38,995 nt of DNA, from positions 1-38,995 of IMG/VR virus record IMGVR_UViG_3300016722_000162; one strand, written 5' to 3'. The number at the start of each line of letters is the position of its first letter. Within the stretch, counting starts at the first letter, position 1. The position numbers and the translations under genes are program-made. The stretch is from a virus. Lineage: Duplodnaviria; Caudoviricetes. This document shows positions 1 to 10,214 of this stretch, piece after piece. The notes beneath the pieces are model-generated. The model was not told the DNA's origin, searched no databases, and saw only the letters and a program-made list of their open reading frames with translations.

Positions 1-204
1 TTACTGGAACATATACTTGACCATGACGCTGCAAATGGCGACTCCGAGAACGCCCATTACGGCTATGATCATGTTCAATTTTGTGTTGATGACGGCAAAG
101 TTCGTTGCCCCCTTTGCCAACTCCAAGCCGTGTTTTTCAACCTCCTTCTGGAGTTCTTTAAGAGGCTCGCATGGTGAGCCGTGTTCATTGATGTGTTCAT
201 TCAT
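1..204 (-). CDS. Small membrane protein of lysis module (XhlA-like/holin-like)
   Basis: 67 aa, coiled N-terminus plus one C-terminal hydrophobic helix; start overlaps endolysin stop. Confidence 0.6.
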   Translation of the reverse strand: MNEHINEHGSPCEPLKELQKEVEKHGLELAKGATNFAVINTKLNMIIAVMGVLGVAICSVMVKYMFQ

Positions 205-833
205 TATGCGCTTTTCCTCCTAAGATATTTCGGGCTGCAATAGCTGGCTTTGGTCCATGCCACTCTTTTCCATTTTGTTTCCGACGTCCAGTAGACAGTA
301 ACAGTGGCCCCGTTTTTTATACGGTCAACAATTTTGCCCGCAATGCCTGGCTTGTTTCTGATATTTAGGAAACTGCTCCCCACGCCGAAGACTTCGTATT
401 TTGGAAATATCGGGTCCTTGTACATTGCAAAGAACTCCGCAGGGCTGATATGGTTGTGGTTGTCATCATAGAATTCGATATGAAGGTGTGCTGCAGAAGA
501 TAGCCCGGTATTCCCCATTCCGCCGATTCTGACCTTCTGGTGGACATACTGGCCAACCTTGACGGACCGGTACTGAAGATGCTGCAGCAAGGCGGATCCA
601 TATTTGCATTTGATCTCAACAAAATTGCCTCGTTCACCATAGTATTCAGATCGAACAACCTTTCCCCAAATCGGAGAGTAAAGCGGGCATAGTACGCCAT
701 AGGTCCCATAGTCATTTCCCCAGTGTGGCCGTATTTCTCCTGTGACAGGATGAACCCTCTTCAGGTTGAATGGTGATGTCAGGTGATAGGATTGATTCCT
801 GAAAACCCTATCCATTAATTGTTTTTCTGTCAT
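204..833 (-). CDS. Endolysin: M23 peptidase with C-terminal SH3b-like domain
   Basis: HWGND (HxxxD) and HLH (HxH) M23 zinc motifs, GNTGLS motif; LNIRNKPG SH3b-like tail; next to holin. Confidence 0.85.
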   Translation of the reverse strand: MTEKQLMDRVFRNQSYHLTSPFNLKRVHPVTGEIRPHWGNDYGTYGVLCPLYSPIWGKVVRSEYYGERGNFVEIKCKYGSALLQHLQYRSVKVGQYVHQKVRIGGMGNTGLSSAAHLHIEFYDDNHNHISPAEFFAMYKDPIFPKYEVFGVGSSFLNIRNKPGIAGKIVDRIKNGATVTVYWTSETKWKRVAWTKASYCSPKYLRRKSA

Positions 834-834
834 G

Positions 835-1104
835 CTACACCTCCGGATCTGGATCTGTGACTTCCCCTTGCTCAGATTTTATATCATCTTTCAGTTGGTC
901 GCCTGCAAGTGCAGCCTGGGTGAAGCTGTTGTTCTTCCACCATGCCCAGAGCGATGCAATAACCGCCCAAACCACTGTAATCGCGTTGGTCAATTCGGCG
1001 TTGTCGAACGGCAAGGGACTCTTGCCAAAGATTGCTAGGGCTGCGTTTAACAGCCCCAAAATAAGGATTGCTGTGCGGATGATGGTTGCTTTGGATACTT
1101 TCAT
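835..1104 (-). CDS. Phage holin, SPP1 family
   Basis: 89 aa, two TM helices, TIIRT...GKSPLP...WWKNNSFT signature. Confidence 0.9.
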   Translation of the reverse strand: MKVSKATIIRTAILILGLLNAALAIFGKSPLPFDNAELTNAITVVWAVIASLWAWWKNNSFTQAALAGDQLKDDIKSEQGEVTDPDPEV

Positions 1105-1149
1105 GTTGTTCTCCTTTCATACAAATAAAAAAAGCCTTTTGGCTCTAGG

Positions 1150-1320
1150 TTACTTTTGGGGTTTGGGGCTGTTTTCATCTGGCAACGCCCCCGCTGTTTG
1201 AATGCAGTCTCTCAGCATCAGGATGCCCTGCGCCATGGCGATACTATCATCACCTGAGGTCTTTACCTGCATCAGTACTTTGTGCGTATTGGTTAGTTTT
1301 TCAAGCAGTTCTTTTTTCAT
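1150..1320 (-). CDS. Hypothetical phage protein (56 aa, MKKELLEK...)
   Basis: ATG at 1320 preceded by AAGGGAG RBS; between tail fibre and holin. Confidence 0.6.
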   Translation of the reverse strand: MKKELLEKLTNTHKVLMQVKTSGDDSIAMAQGILMLRDCIQTAGALPDENSPKPQK

Positions 1321-1336
1321 TGGTTCTCCCTTCTTG

Positions 1337-3379
1337 TTACCACGTGCCCAGTGCATGAGCTGAACAATACGTAGTACTTGACGATGATGTATTTCTGAGC
1401 ACTTGTATACCAGCGCTCGTTGCGGATATGGGATAACATCCAGCCGCGCCATAGCTTGCCGCCGAACTTCCCATGCTCCCCAAAACACTGTTTGGGGTCG
1501 CGCTAAATAGTCCAGCGGGTAGCGCAAATGTGCCTGTGTGATTGTAAAGCCCGCCAGTACCGAATGCCCCTGTAGAAGCTATGGATATGCCTGTCGGCGT
1601 ACCCCAGCACTCGGCTGTTCTATTTGACATCCTCCGGTATGTCCATACTCCACTAACGCCCGATTCCGTTATGTACCCTGGCGAGTCCACAAATGTAAGT
1701 GTTGATGTACCGGTCTTTTTCAGCTTATACGATTGGTAAGCCGATGTTGAGAGTTTGGCGACAGTTGGCAATCCGGTTATTGTATATGTCACGCTGCCAA
1801 TAGTTATTGTTGGGCTTGCAGCAGTGTTCCCGTTTGAAAACAATACGTCGATTATCTGATCTAAAAAAACATGCCCATCAAAACTACCCTTGTCAGCTGT
1901 TGCGGCCGCAGCCGTGGAGCTATACGAAAATGGTATCTGGGTAAGATTTAACCCTGCGCCAAACAATTCCCAGGCGATTTCGAGTCCAGGAAATTCCGCC
2001 ACCTTTCCAATTGATATTCCAAGCCCACCAGCGAGAAAGTCCATAATGACTTTTGCGGTTGATACCTGCGCCGTTTTTGTCACAGATCCCACTTTATCTG
2101 TTACCGCAGCTTGAACTTCCCATGAGTTAGATGAAGATGCGGATTTGATGAATGAAACGTCAAGCGCAAAATTGTTTGCGTATCCGGACATATCAATGGT
2201 TGTCCAAGTAGAATCCGTAGTTTTTTTATATTTTAGGACATAAGCAGCAGTATTGTTGCTGTTTACGGAGGCAACGACACTCTTCAGCTTTATATTGATG
2301 TATTCTCCATTCGCATCAGTATTGCCTGCAGAGTCACATCGTTCGCTTGTTAAGGTAATTGACGGCGCAACATATGGATACACAGTAATCGCCTGATAGT
2401 ACAAGCCCGACAATCGACCTCTGGAATCCCTTACTCGAAGTGCAACATACATTGTCCCGCTGTAACCCAAAACAGCTGAAACGAAGGTCGCATCCCGATA
2501 GGATGCCGGCAACGATGACATGCTCGGAGTGATGTACCAATAATATGTTGCTGTCGAAGCTCCGTATTGATTGGATACTGTGGACCCCGTAACTTGTACC
2601 TTGCTGATACCTTGGACATAATACGAAAATGGATCCCCGGTGGCATATCGGTTGAATGCGATTCCCGAAACCACCGGAATAACACTGTCAGGCACACTTA
2701 TTGTAAATGTGTCCTCAACATACCCCAGGTTATTTCCATCCGCGTCATAAGTGGTTACTCTGCAAATTACTGTGCCGGAGACATCATTTGGTATCGCATT
2801 AAGCCACGACATAGGCACTGTAAAACTAGCGCTGGTGTCAACGTTGGTATAACTTTGGGTGTACGCTCCAATGCTAAATTTAACGGTGTGGTAAAAACTG
2901 GACGATGCCCTGCTTATGTTTACAACCGCTGCGTTGGATCCATCGACTATTACGGATTCCGTAAGCGAAGAAATCGATGATTTGCGAGGGATTTTTGGTA
3001 AGGTAACCGCAGCTGTTTGGTTGTATGTTCCAGCACCGACTCCTGTGGCGCAATAGCCTTTAACGTCAACTTCTTTGGAACCATCTGTGTTGTGATAGAC
3101 TTTAATGCTGGTCTTGGAAAGAATTGTGTACCACGTCCCCGTGGAAAATCCTCGAAAATCAATGACATCGTCCGTTACTTTTGTATCGCCATCCACTGCA
3201 ATATATACCGAGGCGCCACCATTGTTGTACGATGAAGCATTTGTATCTTCCCGGACTTGGAGCTTGATGTTTATGATGGAGTAATTGCCCGAAATCGACT
3301 GACTATCCACTTCAACAGCGATTCGCCCAGAATGCAAACCACCACTAAATTCTGCTGTTTTATAAATTGTATATGCCAT
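1337..3379 (-). CDS. Siphovirus tail fibre / receptor-binding protein (DUF859-like)
   Basis: 680 aa, S/T-rich beta sequence, IPRKS and RCDSAG motifs, C-terminal WTYRRMSNRTAECWG fibre-tip motif; last tail gene. Confidence 0.75.
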   Translation of the reverse strand: MAYTIYKTAEFSGGLHSGRIAVEVDSQSISGNYSIINIKLQVREDTNASSYNNGGASVYIAVDGDTKVTDDVIDFRGFSTGTWYTILSKTSIKVYHNTDGSKEVDVKGYCATGVGAGTYNQTAAVTLPKIPRKSSISSLTESVIVDGSNAAVVNISRASSSFYHTVKFSIGAYTQSYTNVDTSASFTVPMSWLNAIPNDVSGTVICRVTTYDADGNNLGYVEDTFTISVPDSVIPVVSGIAFNRYATGDPFSYYVQGISKVQVTGSTVSNQYGASTATYYWYITPSMSSLPASYRDATFVSAVLGYSGTMYVALRVRDSRGRLSGLYYQAITVYPYVAPSITLTSERCDSAGNTDANGEYINIKLKSVVASVNSNNTAAYVLKYKKTTDSTWTTIDMSGYANNFALDVSFIKSASSSNSWEVQAAVTDKVGSVTKTAQVSTAKVIMDFLAGGLGISIGKVAEFPGLEIAWELFGAGLNLTQIPFSYSSTAAAATADKGSFDGHVFLDQIIDVLFSNGNTAASPTITIGSVTYTITGLPTVAKLSTSAYQSYKLKKTGTSTLTFVDSPGYITESGVSGVWTYRRMSNRTAECWGTPTGISIASTGAFGTGGLYNHTGTFALPAGLFSATPNSVLGSMGSSAASYGAAGCYPISATSAGIQVLRNTSSSSTTYCSAHALGTW

Positions 3380-3382
3380 GCT

Positions 3383-5707
3383 TTACCCCTTGCACACTAA
3401 TGATACATTACCGTTGTCCCTGTTTTCGAACGCAAACGCTCCGTTCCCAAATCCCAGGCTCGACAAAATAACAGCATTATCGATATAAAGTTTGGAATCA
3501 CCAGATTCACCAGTTGGGTTTTCAAGATACGCGCCGGCATTTCCATCATCATCAAGTAAAGACAATCTCGTTCCAAGTAATTGTAGCTTTGGTCCATCAC
3601 CGCTTGTGCCAAGTATCAGTCCATCATCCGCAGAGAAACTTAAATATTGACTTAGCCCAGATTGAAATGCAACTGAAGAATCCACGCCTGACAACCAATC
3701 GGCAGAATCCGAATCAAACATATTTAGCGATAATCCTGTAGCTGTTATGTTCCCCTGGCTGTCCACTTTGAATTTGTCGCCACAGCTTATTCCATTTGCG
3801 CCAATGTAAACGCTGCCAGTTTCCCCTTCGTTAATGGTGCCGAACACACTTGTCCCTTTGGCAATATAAGCATCGCCTATCGTAAAGGCACCAATTACTC
3901 CTTCGACAGCGTTCAATAACCCACCCACATCAATGCAACTGACAGCTAACTTATCAGCGGTAATCGCACCAGATACAATGTGATTGGCAAGTATGGACTC
4001 AGCTGCAATCTCCTCTGCTGTTATCGATTCTGCAACGATCCTGTCAGCGGTGATTGTCCTGGGCGTGAGCACGGCGCCATCAAGCGAGTCAACGGCAGTA
4101 GAGACTAGTTCACCATAATTATTCAATGCGAACAGCAATCCACCTTCCGCGCCACCTATCAACAGTCTTTCAACAGACAGCGTGCCGGCATTGATTTTAT
4201 TGGCAGACAAGTCTGCAATCAAGGCATTCGTAATGGCGGCTTCTGCAATTTGAGCAGTTTTGATAACGCCCTGATTTGCGATTACAGCGTTCAAGAATCC
4301 ATTGTCAACAGTGGCTATCTTGCTAGTGATGAATTCTGCATCGATGCTTCCAGCAACAAGTGAACTGATTTCGGCAACGTCGATTTTTGCGGATCCAATA
4401 GTAGCTTCTTCAATTGATGCATTTATGGCTTCAATCACGTGTGCCTTTAATATAGCTGCAGATATTTCAGTAACGTTCGCTAAGTCAATTTTCGCGAAAT
4501 GGGCATCCAGATATGAAACATCAATTTGATTCGCTTCAAGTGTGCCAATACGCGCTGTGGCAGCGACTAGATTTTGAATCGTCGCATAGGTTATTTCGGC
4601 CTCTTCGACCTTAAGCCTATTTACAAGTGCGTCCTGGACAAACAGCAAATCGGTATAAATCCGTTCAATTTGTTGAGCGACTGGACCTTTGGATTCAGTG
4701 GATGCATCGGTATCGGTGGTCCCTGGTGACGTGATTCCGGTGATGAGCCCACCATCGAATTGCTGGGTTATCCCGAAAGCCGGAATACTGAAGGTGTTCT
4801 CGCCATCAATTACAGCCAGTAGATCCCATGGTTCAAGTCGATTGTCTCCTAAAAATGTGACTGTCCCAGGTCGATAACTGTATCCTTCAACTTTTGGGTA
4901 CATAACATCGAACATTGCCTGGGTCATAAATGGATTGTTGACCAAGATGTTGGGTGTTCCATGGCTGTACGCAACTTCTGAGACGCTTTCGCCTTCTTCG
5001 TCCTCAAATCCGGATGATACAACCACTTTTATTCCAGTACAGGTGTAATCCAAATCGTTTACTTCGGGAAAGTCGTAATATCTGTCACCCGTCAATGTAT
5101 AGTCCGGAATTGTTGGGAACGGTGCGATTACAATGCCACCATTCGTATCTTCGGTCGCAAATCCGCCAAGTAAACCAGCGATATACCCAAGCATTTCCCT
5201 GTGCAAGTACCCTTTTGGCATTTGTTCTATTAATCCAGTCCCCGACAAACCACCAATTAGCGATATTCCAATCCCGGACTGGGAGCTGATTTCAGCAAGA
5301 ACCGAAGATATGGTTGCCGGGTAGGACAACCCACTAAAATACCCTTCCGTCATCTTTGAAGTGATTCTTCCATTTGCTATAAAGTTCGATGTGTTCCGTC
5401 TGGTCTTTGGTGCGCCAACCGTATAATATCCCATTGAAAGATACTCAACAGAGCCGTCTACCAGCAAACCCATTTCGAGCTTCAGTTCCTTCCCCTGAAG
5501 ACCTTCCACGCAGTTGTCAATTGTTACATCAATATATGGAGAAAAGACCGCGCCAGGGGCAAATACACCGTCAAATGTCGCACCTTGTGTGAGCGTTATC
5601 TGCTTGATGTCGCCTGATACCGGAATGCCGTTATACAAGAATCTAGCAAAAAATGTTCTAGTATCCTGGTTGATTGCAGTTATGTAATTGGCAGATGCAT
5701 TTCTCAT
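3383..5707 (-). CDS. Tail hub/spike (Tal-like) minor structural protein
   Basis: 774 aa after distal tail gene; coiled-coil and ITADKI-type short repeats. Confidence 0.7.
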   Translation of the reverse strand: MRNASANYITAINQDTRTFFARFLYNGIPVSGDIKQITLTQGATFDGVFAPGAVFSPYIDVTIDNCVEGLQGKELKLEMGLLVDGSVEYLSMGYYTVGAPKTRRNTSNFIANGRITSKMTEGYFSGLSYPATISSVLAEISSQSGIGISLIGGLSGTGLIEQMPKGYLHREMLGYIAGLLGGFATEDTNGGIVIAPFPTIPDYTLTGDRYYDFPEVNDLDYTCTGIKVVVSSGFEDEEGESVSEVAYSHGTPNILVNNPFMTQAMFDVMYPKVEGYSYRPGTVTFLGDNRLEPWDLLAVIDGENTFSIPAFGITQQFDGGLITGITSPGTTDTDASTESKGPVAQQIERIYTDLLFVQDALVNRLKVEEAEITYATIQNLVAATARIGTLEANQIDVSYLDAHFAKIDLANVTEISAAILKAHVIEAINASIEEATIGSAKIDVAEISSLVAGSIDAEFITSKIATVDNGFLNAVIANQGVIKTAQIAEAAITNALIADLSANKINAGTLSVERLLIGGAEGGLLFALNNYGELVSTAVDSLDGAVLTPRTITADRIVAESITAEEIAAESILANHIVSGAITADKLAVSCIDVGGLLNAVEGVIGAFTIGDAYIAKGTSVFGTINEGETGSVYIGANGISCGDKFKVDSQGNITATGLSLNMFDSDSADWLSGVDSSVAFQSGLSQYLSFSADDGLILGTSGDGPKLQLLGTRLSLLDDDGNAGAYLENPTGESGDSKLYIDNAVILSSLGFGNGAFAFENRDNGNVSLVCKG

Positions 5708-5716
5708 AATATTCCT

Positions 5717-6070
5717 CTACTGCTGGGTTACACTGACGCTCACAGACTGGTAATAATAGATGCCGTTCACGTATCCCTTATGCTCTTTTTGGATTGTGCT
5801 TCGATAAGCGGTCATGGTTTGTGCACCGTCGTTGTCCCGAAATGTGATCTGGAAGAACCCAGGGACAAGATTTTCTCTGATCACTCGAAGTTCATCTTCA
5901 GTGACCATGGTCCACTCAATATCAAGTGTCTTCTTCTGAGCTATGACATCGCCAACCATCTTTCCACTGTCAGCGGATCGTCCCGTATTTGAAGACCAGA
6001 TGATTTCGTCTGTGCTTGTCACTTTCGACGGTTCGGGCAAATTTACAGCACCGACGGATAAAGTCGCCAT
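5717..6070 (-). CDS. Distal tail-like protein
   Basis: 117 aa directly after tape measure; WSSNTGRS.SGKMVGD motif. Confidence 0.7.
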   Translation of the reverse strand: MATLSVGAVNLPEPSKVTSTDEIIWSSNTGRSADSGKMVGDVIAQKKTLDIEWTMVTEDELRVIRENLVPGFFQITFRDNDGAQTMTAYRSTIQKEHKGYVNGIYYYQSVSVSVTQQ

Positions 6071-6081
6071 ACTATCCCTCC

Positions 6082-8295
6082 TTAGATGTTAATTGGACAT
6101 GTTCCAGTCGCTTTGGTTCTAGCGTTGATTTCCCTAACTACCATATCGGTGACCTTGCGCCCGCTCATGTAGACATCAAGATCAAGCGCCTTGATTGCCG
6201 CCAGTATTTCACGCAATACACGAACGGCATCTTGATTGTTTCCATTTCCTGCGAGTGCTGCGGCTTGTTTGGCCATCTCCAAGAGTTTGTTTTCAGGGGC
6301 AACCACTTCTCCATATCGCCTGTTGTCGCCAATCATGGCCAGTTGTGGAGTGTTCCGCTTGACATAGCCACCCTGGGCAAGTTTAGGATACTGGATGTAG
6401 CCAGCATCTTTGTGGCCTGGTATCTTATTCCAGAATTTAATGATGCCGTTGATGGCATCGATTATCCCACGTATGATACTTCTCAAAAGTGAAGTAAAAC
6501 CGTCTTTTAACTTGAGTGCCACTTCAGCGGTTTTATTTCTTAGCCCATCCCATTTTGATTTTATTGAACTGAAGGTGTTGCTCACAGAACCAGAAATGGT
6601 CTTGACCGCCTTGCTGTTCTTGATTGCATCCCATTTTTTCGAAAGGGAATCAAACGCGTTATCTTTCACTGCTTTAAGTGTCTTGACGATGGTGACCGCT
6701 GCTTCTTTCAGATCTTCCTTCTCGTTGTCCCACCATTCCTTTGCTTCATCCCATTTGTTGGATAAGGCGTCTTTTATGCTGTCAATGGTAGGAATTTTGA
6801 TTTTGGGCATTTTAATTTTTTCTTTGAACCATTTTTTAAGGGTCTTATATTTATCGATGACCCATTTGATGGCTTTGCTCATTAGCTTGAAAGCTGCTGC
6901 AATATCCTTAATATTTTTAATAATTGCCGCCCCAAGCACCTGTGCCATTGGCTTGAATACGTGTTTAATTAGCCACAATGCAATTGGCCTGATAAAGTCC
7001 AGAACATCAGCCAAAAACTGAAAAGCTGCCGCAAGCATATCAATCACAATAGGAGCTAGTTTATTCATAACCCACTTCCCGAGGGGTTTTAGAACTGCCT
7101 TGTAAAAAGCGGCAAAAGATTTTCCCGCCGATTTTTTGAGGTTTCCGAATGCTTCCTTTAGCCTGCCTATATTCTTTTCGTATTTTTTTGCGATTTTATC
7201 AAGAAGCGCATTTCTTTTTTTTGTTTGCGTTTCAGGTTGTGAAAAATCTGCGATTGATGACGCCCCGGTGCTAATCCCTCCGGCACCACTACCTGAGCTG
7301 GTACTGGACTTCTCAGAGAGCTTGGTGATTTTGTCAAACCCCATCAACTCCCTTGCCGCCTTCTTTACTTTGGATGCTGTTTTTTTAGCCGCGGTACCAA
7401 CGCCATTCACAGCTGAACTTGCCGTATCAGCCGATTTCGCCATTGACGACATTGAAGATGATCCCGTGGCAGAAGCATCTCCAAATATCTTGGCTGTCCA
7501 AGTCTTAAAAGCATTGGCCAGCTGACTCAAACGTTGCATTAAATAGTTGATGATCTTAAGCACGGGAGTGAGGGCATTGATAAGACCTTGCCCGACGCTT
7601 GCTTTGAAACTATCAAACTGAAGTTTTAGTATTCTAGTCTGATTGGCCCAGCCATTTTGAGTTCGAATAAAATCACCAGATGCCAAAGAGAGCTGTTGCT
7701 GAACAAAGGCATATCGCAAGGCAACCTTCTCTTGCTCGGTCATAGCGGCGGTAGTCTTCCCATATCCATTGGCCATGGCATATTGATCCAAGCTTGCCTG
7801 GGTCATTACCACTCCAATATCCTTAAGGGTTTCTGTCTCGCCGGTAAAAATGCTTTTCAACTTTATGAAGGCTTCATCCTGATCCATATTGTAGAAGGAT
7901 GCCATATCACCGGCCAGACCAGTAATCGTTGCGCTCATGTCATATGCCTGCTTCTCAGTAAAGCCAAATGCCTTGGCCATCGCGCCGGTTGTTCCCATGT
8001 ATTTCTTCGCCATAGTTTCAGACAGGCCAAATGATGAAGCCGCATTTCGGGCAAAATCATCAACCTTCTTCGACATTGTGGGGAAGGATACGTTCACCAC
8101 GTTCTGCACTTCATTCAAATCTGATCCCAGTTTGACGCAAGACGCAGCGAAACCAGCTACCGCCTTGACTGAAAATGCAGCCAGAAAAACGCCGCCCAAC
8201 TTTTTAGCTGCGGCTCCAATTCCACCAAGCTGACTGTTGAATCCCTTTTTATTAATATTTAGATCAAGGTCAACGCGACCTACTGAATTGGACAT
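6082..8295 (-). CDS. Tail tape measure protein
   Basis: 737 aa, Ala/Lys-rich helical, SDLNEVQNVV motif, Trp-periodic repeats; follows chaperone genes. Confidence 0.92.
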   Translation of the reverse strand: MSNSVGRVDLDLNINKKGFNSQLGGIGAAAKKLGGVFLAAFSVKAVAGFAASCVKLGSDLNEVQNVVNVSFPTMSKKVDDFARNAASSFGLSETMAKKYMGTTGAMAKAFGFTEKQAYDMSATITGLAGDMASFYNMDQDEAFIKLKSIFTGETETLKDIGVVMTQASLDQYAMANGYGKTTAAMTEQEKVALRYAFVQQQLSLASGDFIRTQNGWANQTRILKLQFDSFKASVGQGLINALTPVLKIINYLMQRLSQLANAFKTWTAKIFGDASATGSSSMSSMAKSADTASSAVNGVGTAAKKTASKVKKAARELMGFDKITKLSEKSSTSSGSGAGGISTGASSIADFSQPETQTKKRNALLDKIAKKYEKNIGRLKEAFGNLKKSAGKSFAAFYKAVLKPLGKWVMNKLAPIVIDMLAAAFQFLADVLDFIRPIALWLIKHVFKPMAQVLGAAIIKNIKDIAAAFKLMSKAIKWVIDKYKTLKKWFKEKIKMPKIKIPTIDSIKDALSNKWDEAKEWWDNEKEDLKEAAVTIVKTLKAVKDNAFDSLSKKWDAIKNSKAVKTISGSVSNTFSSIKSKWDGLRNKTAEVALKLKDGFTSLLRSIIRGIIDAINGIIKFWNKIPGHKDAGYIQYPKLAQGGYVKRNTPQLAMIGDNRRYGEVVAPENKLLEMAKQAAALAGNGNNQDAVRVLREILAAIKALDLDVYMSGRKVTDMVVREINARTKATGTCPINI

Positions 8296-8305
8296 TCACT
8301 CACCC

Positions 8306-8647
8306 TCATTTGGCCATTGCAATCAATGCCTGTTTTATCTGTTCCATAGCACCATCAATCTGTTCAGGTGATGCCATTTGTGCACGTCTTCGGAACCATT
8401 CACTCCGAATACGATTTTCTTCTTTTCCAAAATTTTTGATTATTTCTTTGTCCGTTTCAGAACGGATGGACACAATTCGTCCAAGTATAGTTTCCGGTCC
8501 AAGTCCCGCTATCATTGCCTTAAACTCATCCCATTTCATTTTCTTGAAATCTTCCGAGTAAATCCGAATGCCGTATTGGGACATCAAACTCGATACAATC
8601 AAATCAAAATCATCGATTATGCTATACCAGGACTCTGCAACTCCCCC
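8306..8647 (-). CDS. Tail assembly chaperone, frameshift extension (gpT/Gp15-like)
   Basis: Frame is open from the GGGGGAG site, reading GVAESWYSIIDDFDLIVSSLMSQYGIRI; no good RBS of its own. Confidence 0.75.
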   Translation of the reverse strand, partial: GGVAESWYSIIDDFDLIVSSLMSQYGIRIYSEDFKKMKWDEFKAMIAGLGPETILGRIVSIRSETDKEIIKNFGKEENRIRSEWFRRRAQMASPEQIDGAMEQIKQALIAMAK

Positions 8648-8943
8648 GGCTGTTCTTCCTCTTCGTCCGTTCCGGTGACTAGATCCATCGCTGCTTCAAC
8701 GACAGTCGCAAAGTCTTTCGCTTTAAGGTCAATTTTTTGAAATTTTTCTCTGCTCCCATTCGGAAAAAGTAAATCGAACAATTCCATAACTTCCGAAAGC
8801 GTCGGTTCATTGGTCCCTTCCATTACACCCATGACCTTTAAAAGTGTAATAGCATCATCGTTTATAACAAATTCTTCGCCCTTGATAACCAAGATTGGTG
8901 ATTCGTCGAAGTTCAATTTGTCGGTAATATCAATCCGTTTCAT
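8617..8943 (-). CDS. Tail assembly chaperone (gpG-like)
   Basis: MKRIDITDKL start after GGAGG; between major tail and tape measure genes. Confidence 0.8.
   Translation of the reverse strand: MKRIDITDKLNFDESPILVIKGEEFVINDDAITLLKVMGVMEGTNEPTLSEVMELFDLLFPNGSREKFQKIDLKAKDFATVVEAAMDLVTGTDEEEEQPGELQSPGIA
8641..8647 (-). other. Programmed -1 frameshift slippery site G GGG GAG
   Basis: In-frame CCG GGG GAG near chaperone end; -1 frame joins ORF 8306..8602. Confidence 0.7.
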
Positions 8944-8998
8944 AATTCCTCCATAACAAGAAAGGGACCGCATAGAGCAGCCCCCTCATCGTGTATCA

Positions 8999-9430
8999 CT
9001 AAACCGCTGGCGTGATGGTCGGTTTACCGTTGGACATCACTTCAAATTCAAGTGGTCCAACGGCGGTGGATTCTCCAGATCCGCAAGCAGTGACATTGAA
9101 AATGGCATCGGCGAACAGGATTTTTGTTCCATCCGCAAACGTCCATTCAAAATTGCCTTGAGCGTCAGTGCCATTGACCAGTGCCTTGCCAGCGACATAA
9201 TCGTTGCCCACATCGCCAAAGTTTCTTTTCCCCTTGACGGATATGGTAACAGATTTCGCTGTCATCAGGCGTCTAATCCAACCTTCAGTGTTGAATGGAG
9301 TCCACTCCTCGACACCGTTGTCGAAAGAAACATCAAAGCTCTCCATGTCGCTGATTGCATTGGTTGTCCCTGTGGCTCCCGCTTTGAACTGGTTCTTATG
9401 GCAAGGGAAAACTCCAGTAAATGCTGTCAT
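8999..9430 (-). CDS. Major tail (tube) protein
   Basis: 143 aa, DNGVEEW/GKRNFGD/PLEFEVMSNGKP motifs; position. Confidence 0.85.
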   Translation of the reverse strand: MTAFTGVFPCHKNQFKAGATGTTNAISDMESFDVSFDNGVEEWTPFNTEGWIRRLMTAKSVTISVKGKRNFGDVGNDYVAGKALVNGTDAQGNFEWTFADGTKILFADAIFNVTACGSGESTAVGPLEFEVMSNGKPTITPAV

Positions 9431-9837
9431 TCTTCTTCCTCCTTCTTGTAATATAGATCAAACGTGATTACTCGCTCATAGACTCCATTATCATCTGTCC
9501 CGACGTCTTGCGGCTCGGCCACGGTGAGTGTTAGAAAATGGACGAAAATCCCGCTTATTTGAATGTTTGTTTCGCTTCTCAGCTTTTGGAATAAGTCAAT
9601 GGCTGCATCTTCGGTTTCCTTTGCGTTATTGTTCCAATGAATCAGCAGGGATACGCTTTTGACTTCATATCCATTGTTTACAAATCCACCTAGGCACTCT
9701 CGCGCATGACCCGATAATGACCCCTGATATATTCCTATTGATTTTTCTTGTTTGTTGTCCAGTTTTCCGACGTAATAATGTTCGGCAATTTCGTAAGACT
9801 TAATCCAGTCTTTCACACCTGAAAGGTTCATTATCAT
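9427..9837 (-). CDS. Tail terminator / tail completion protein
   Basis: 136 aa before major tail gene; GTDDNGVYERVI motif. Confidence 0.7.
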   Translation of the reverse strand: MIMNLSGVKDWIKSYEIAEHYYVGKLDNKQEKSIGIYQGSLSGHARECLGGFVNNGYEVKSVSLLIHWNNNAKETEDAAIDLFQKLRSETNIQISGIFVHFLTLTVAEPQDVGTDDNGVYERVITFDLYYKKEEEE

Positions 9838-10214
9838 AGCCCGGCATGCCTCCTATAGTGCCTCATAAAGGCTTTTTTGCAGAAATCCTGCTTCCGTCCG
9901 CCATCCAACCAGTCCTCGTACCATCCTCCCCTCGCATTAGGGTTTTCCTCTTTGCTGAAGTTATATTCGGGGTGATAATATAGTCGCCTGGCGTATGGTG
10001 TTGAGGAAATCAATTGTACAGTTCCCGCATCGGCAGATTCAACACTCACAAAGGTCTGGTCATTCTGAAGTATGCCTTGCTTGTAAGGTAATACCTGTGC
10101 CTGAGTGACATCTGTTAGAAGGGATTCTGCCGTATCTCTAAGCGCTGCAACCTGTGCTCTTGACAATTGGCGGATCTTATTCAGGTTCGGCTTAAAGGTG
10201 CACTTCCCGTTCAT
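9834..10214 (-). CDS. Neck / tail completion protein (minor capsid 2-like)
   Basis: TPYARRLYYHPEYNF motif; position. Confidence 0.75.
   Translation of the reverse strand: MNGKCTFKPNLNKIRQLSRAQVAALRDTAESLLTDVTQAQVLPYKQGILQNDQTFVSVESADAGTVQLISSTPYARRLYYHPEYNFSKEENPNARGGWYEDWLDGGRKQDFCKKAFMRHYRRHAGL

Noticed and set aside
6410-7525. Long plus-strand ORFs opposite tape measure (and similar shadows opposite capsid, primase, helicase)
   Set aside because: Antisense shadows of well-supported genes, without RBS or motifs.
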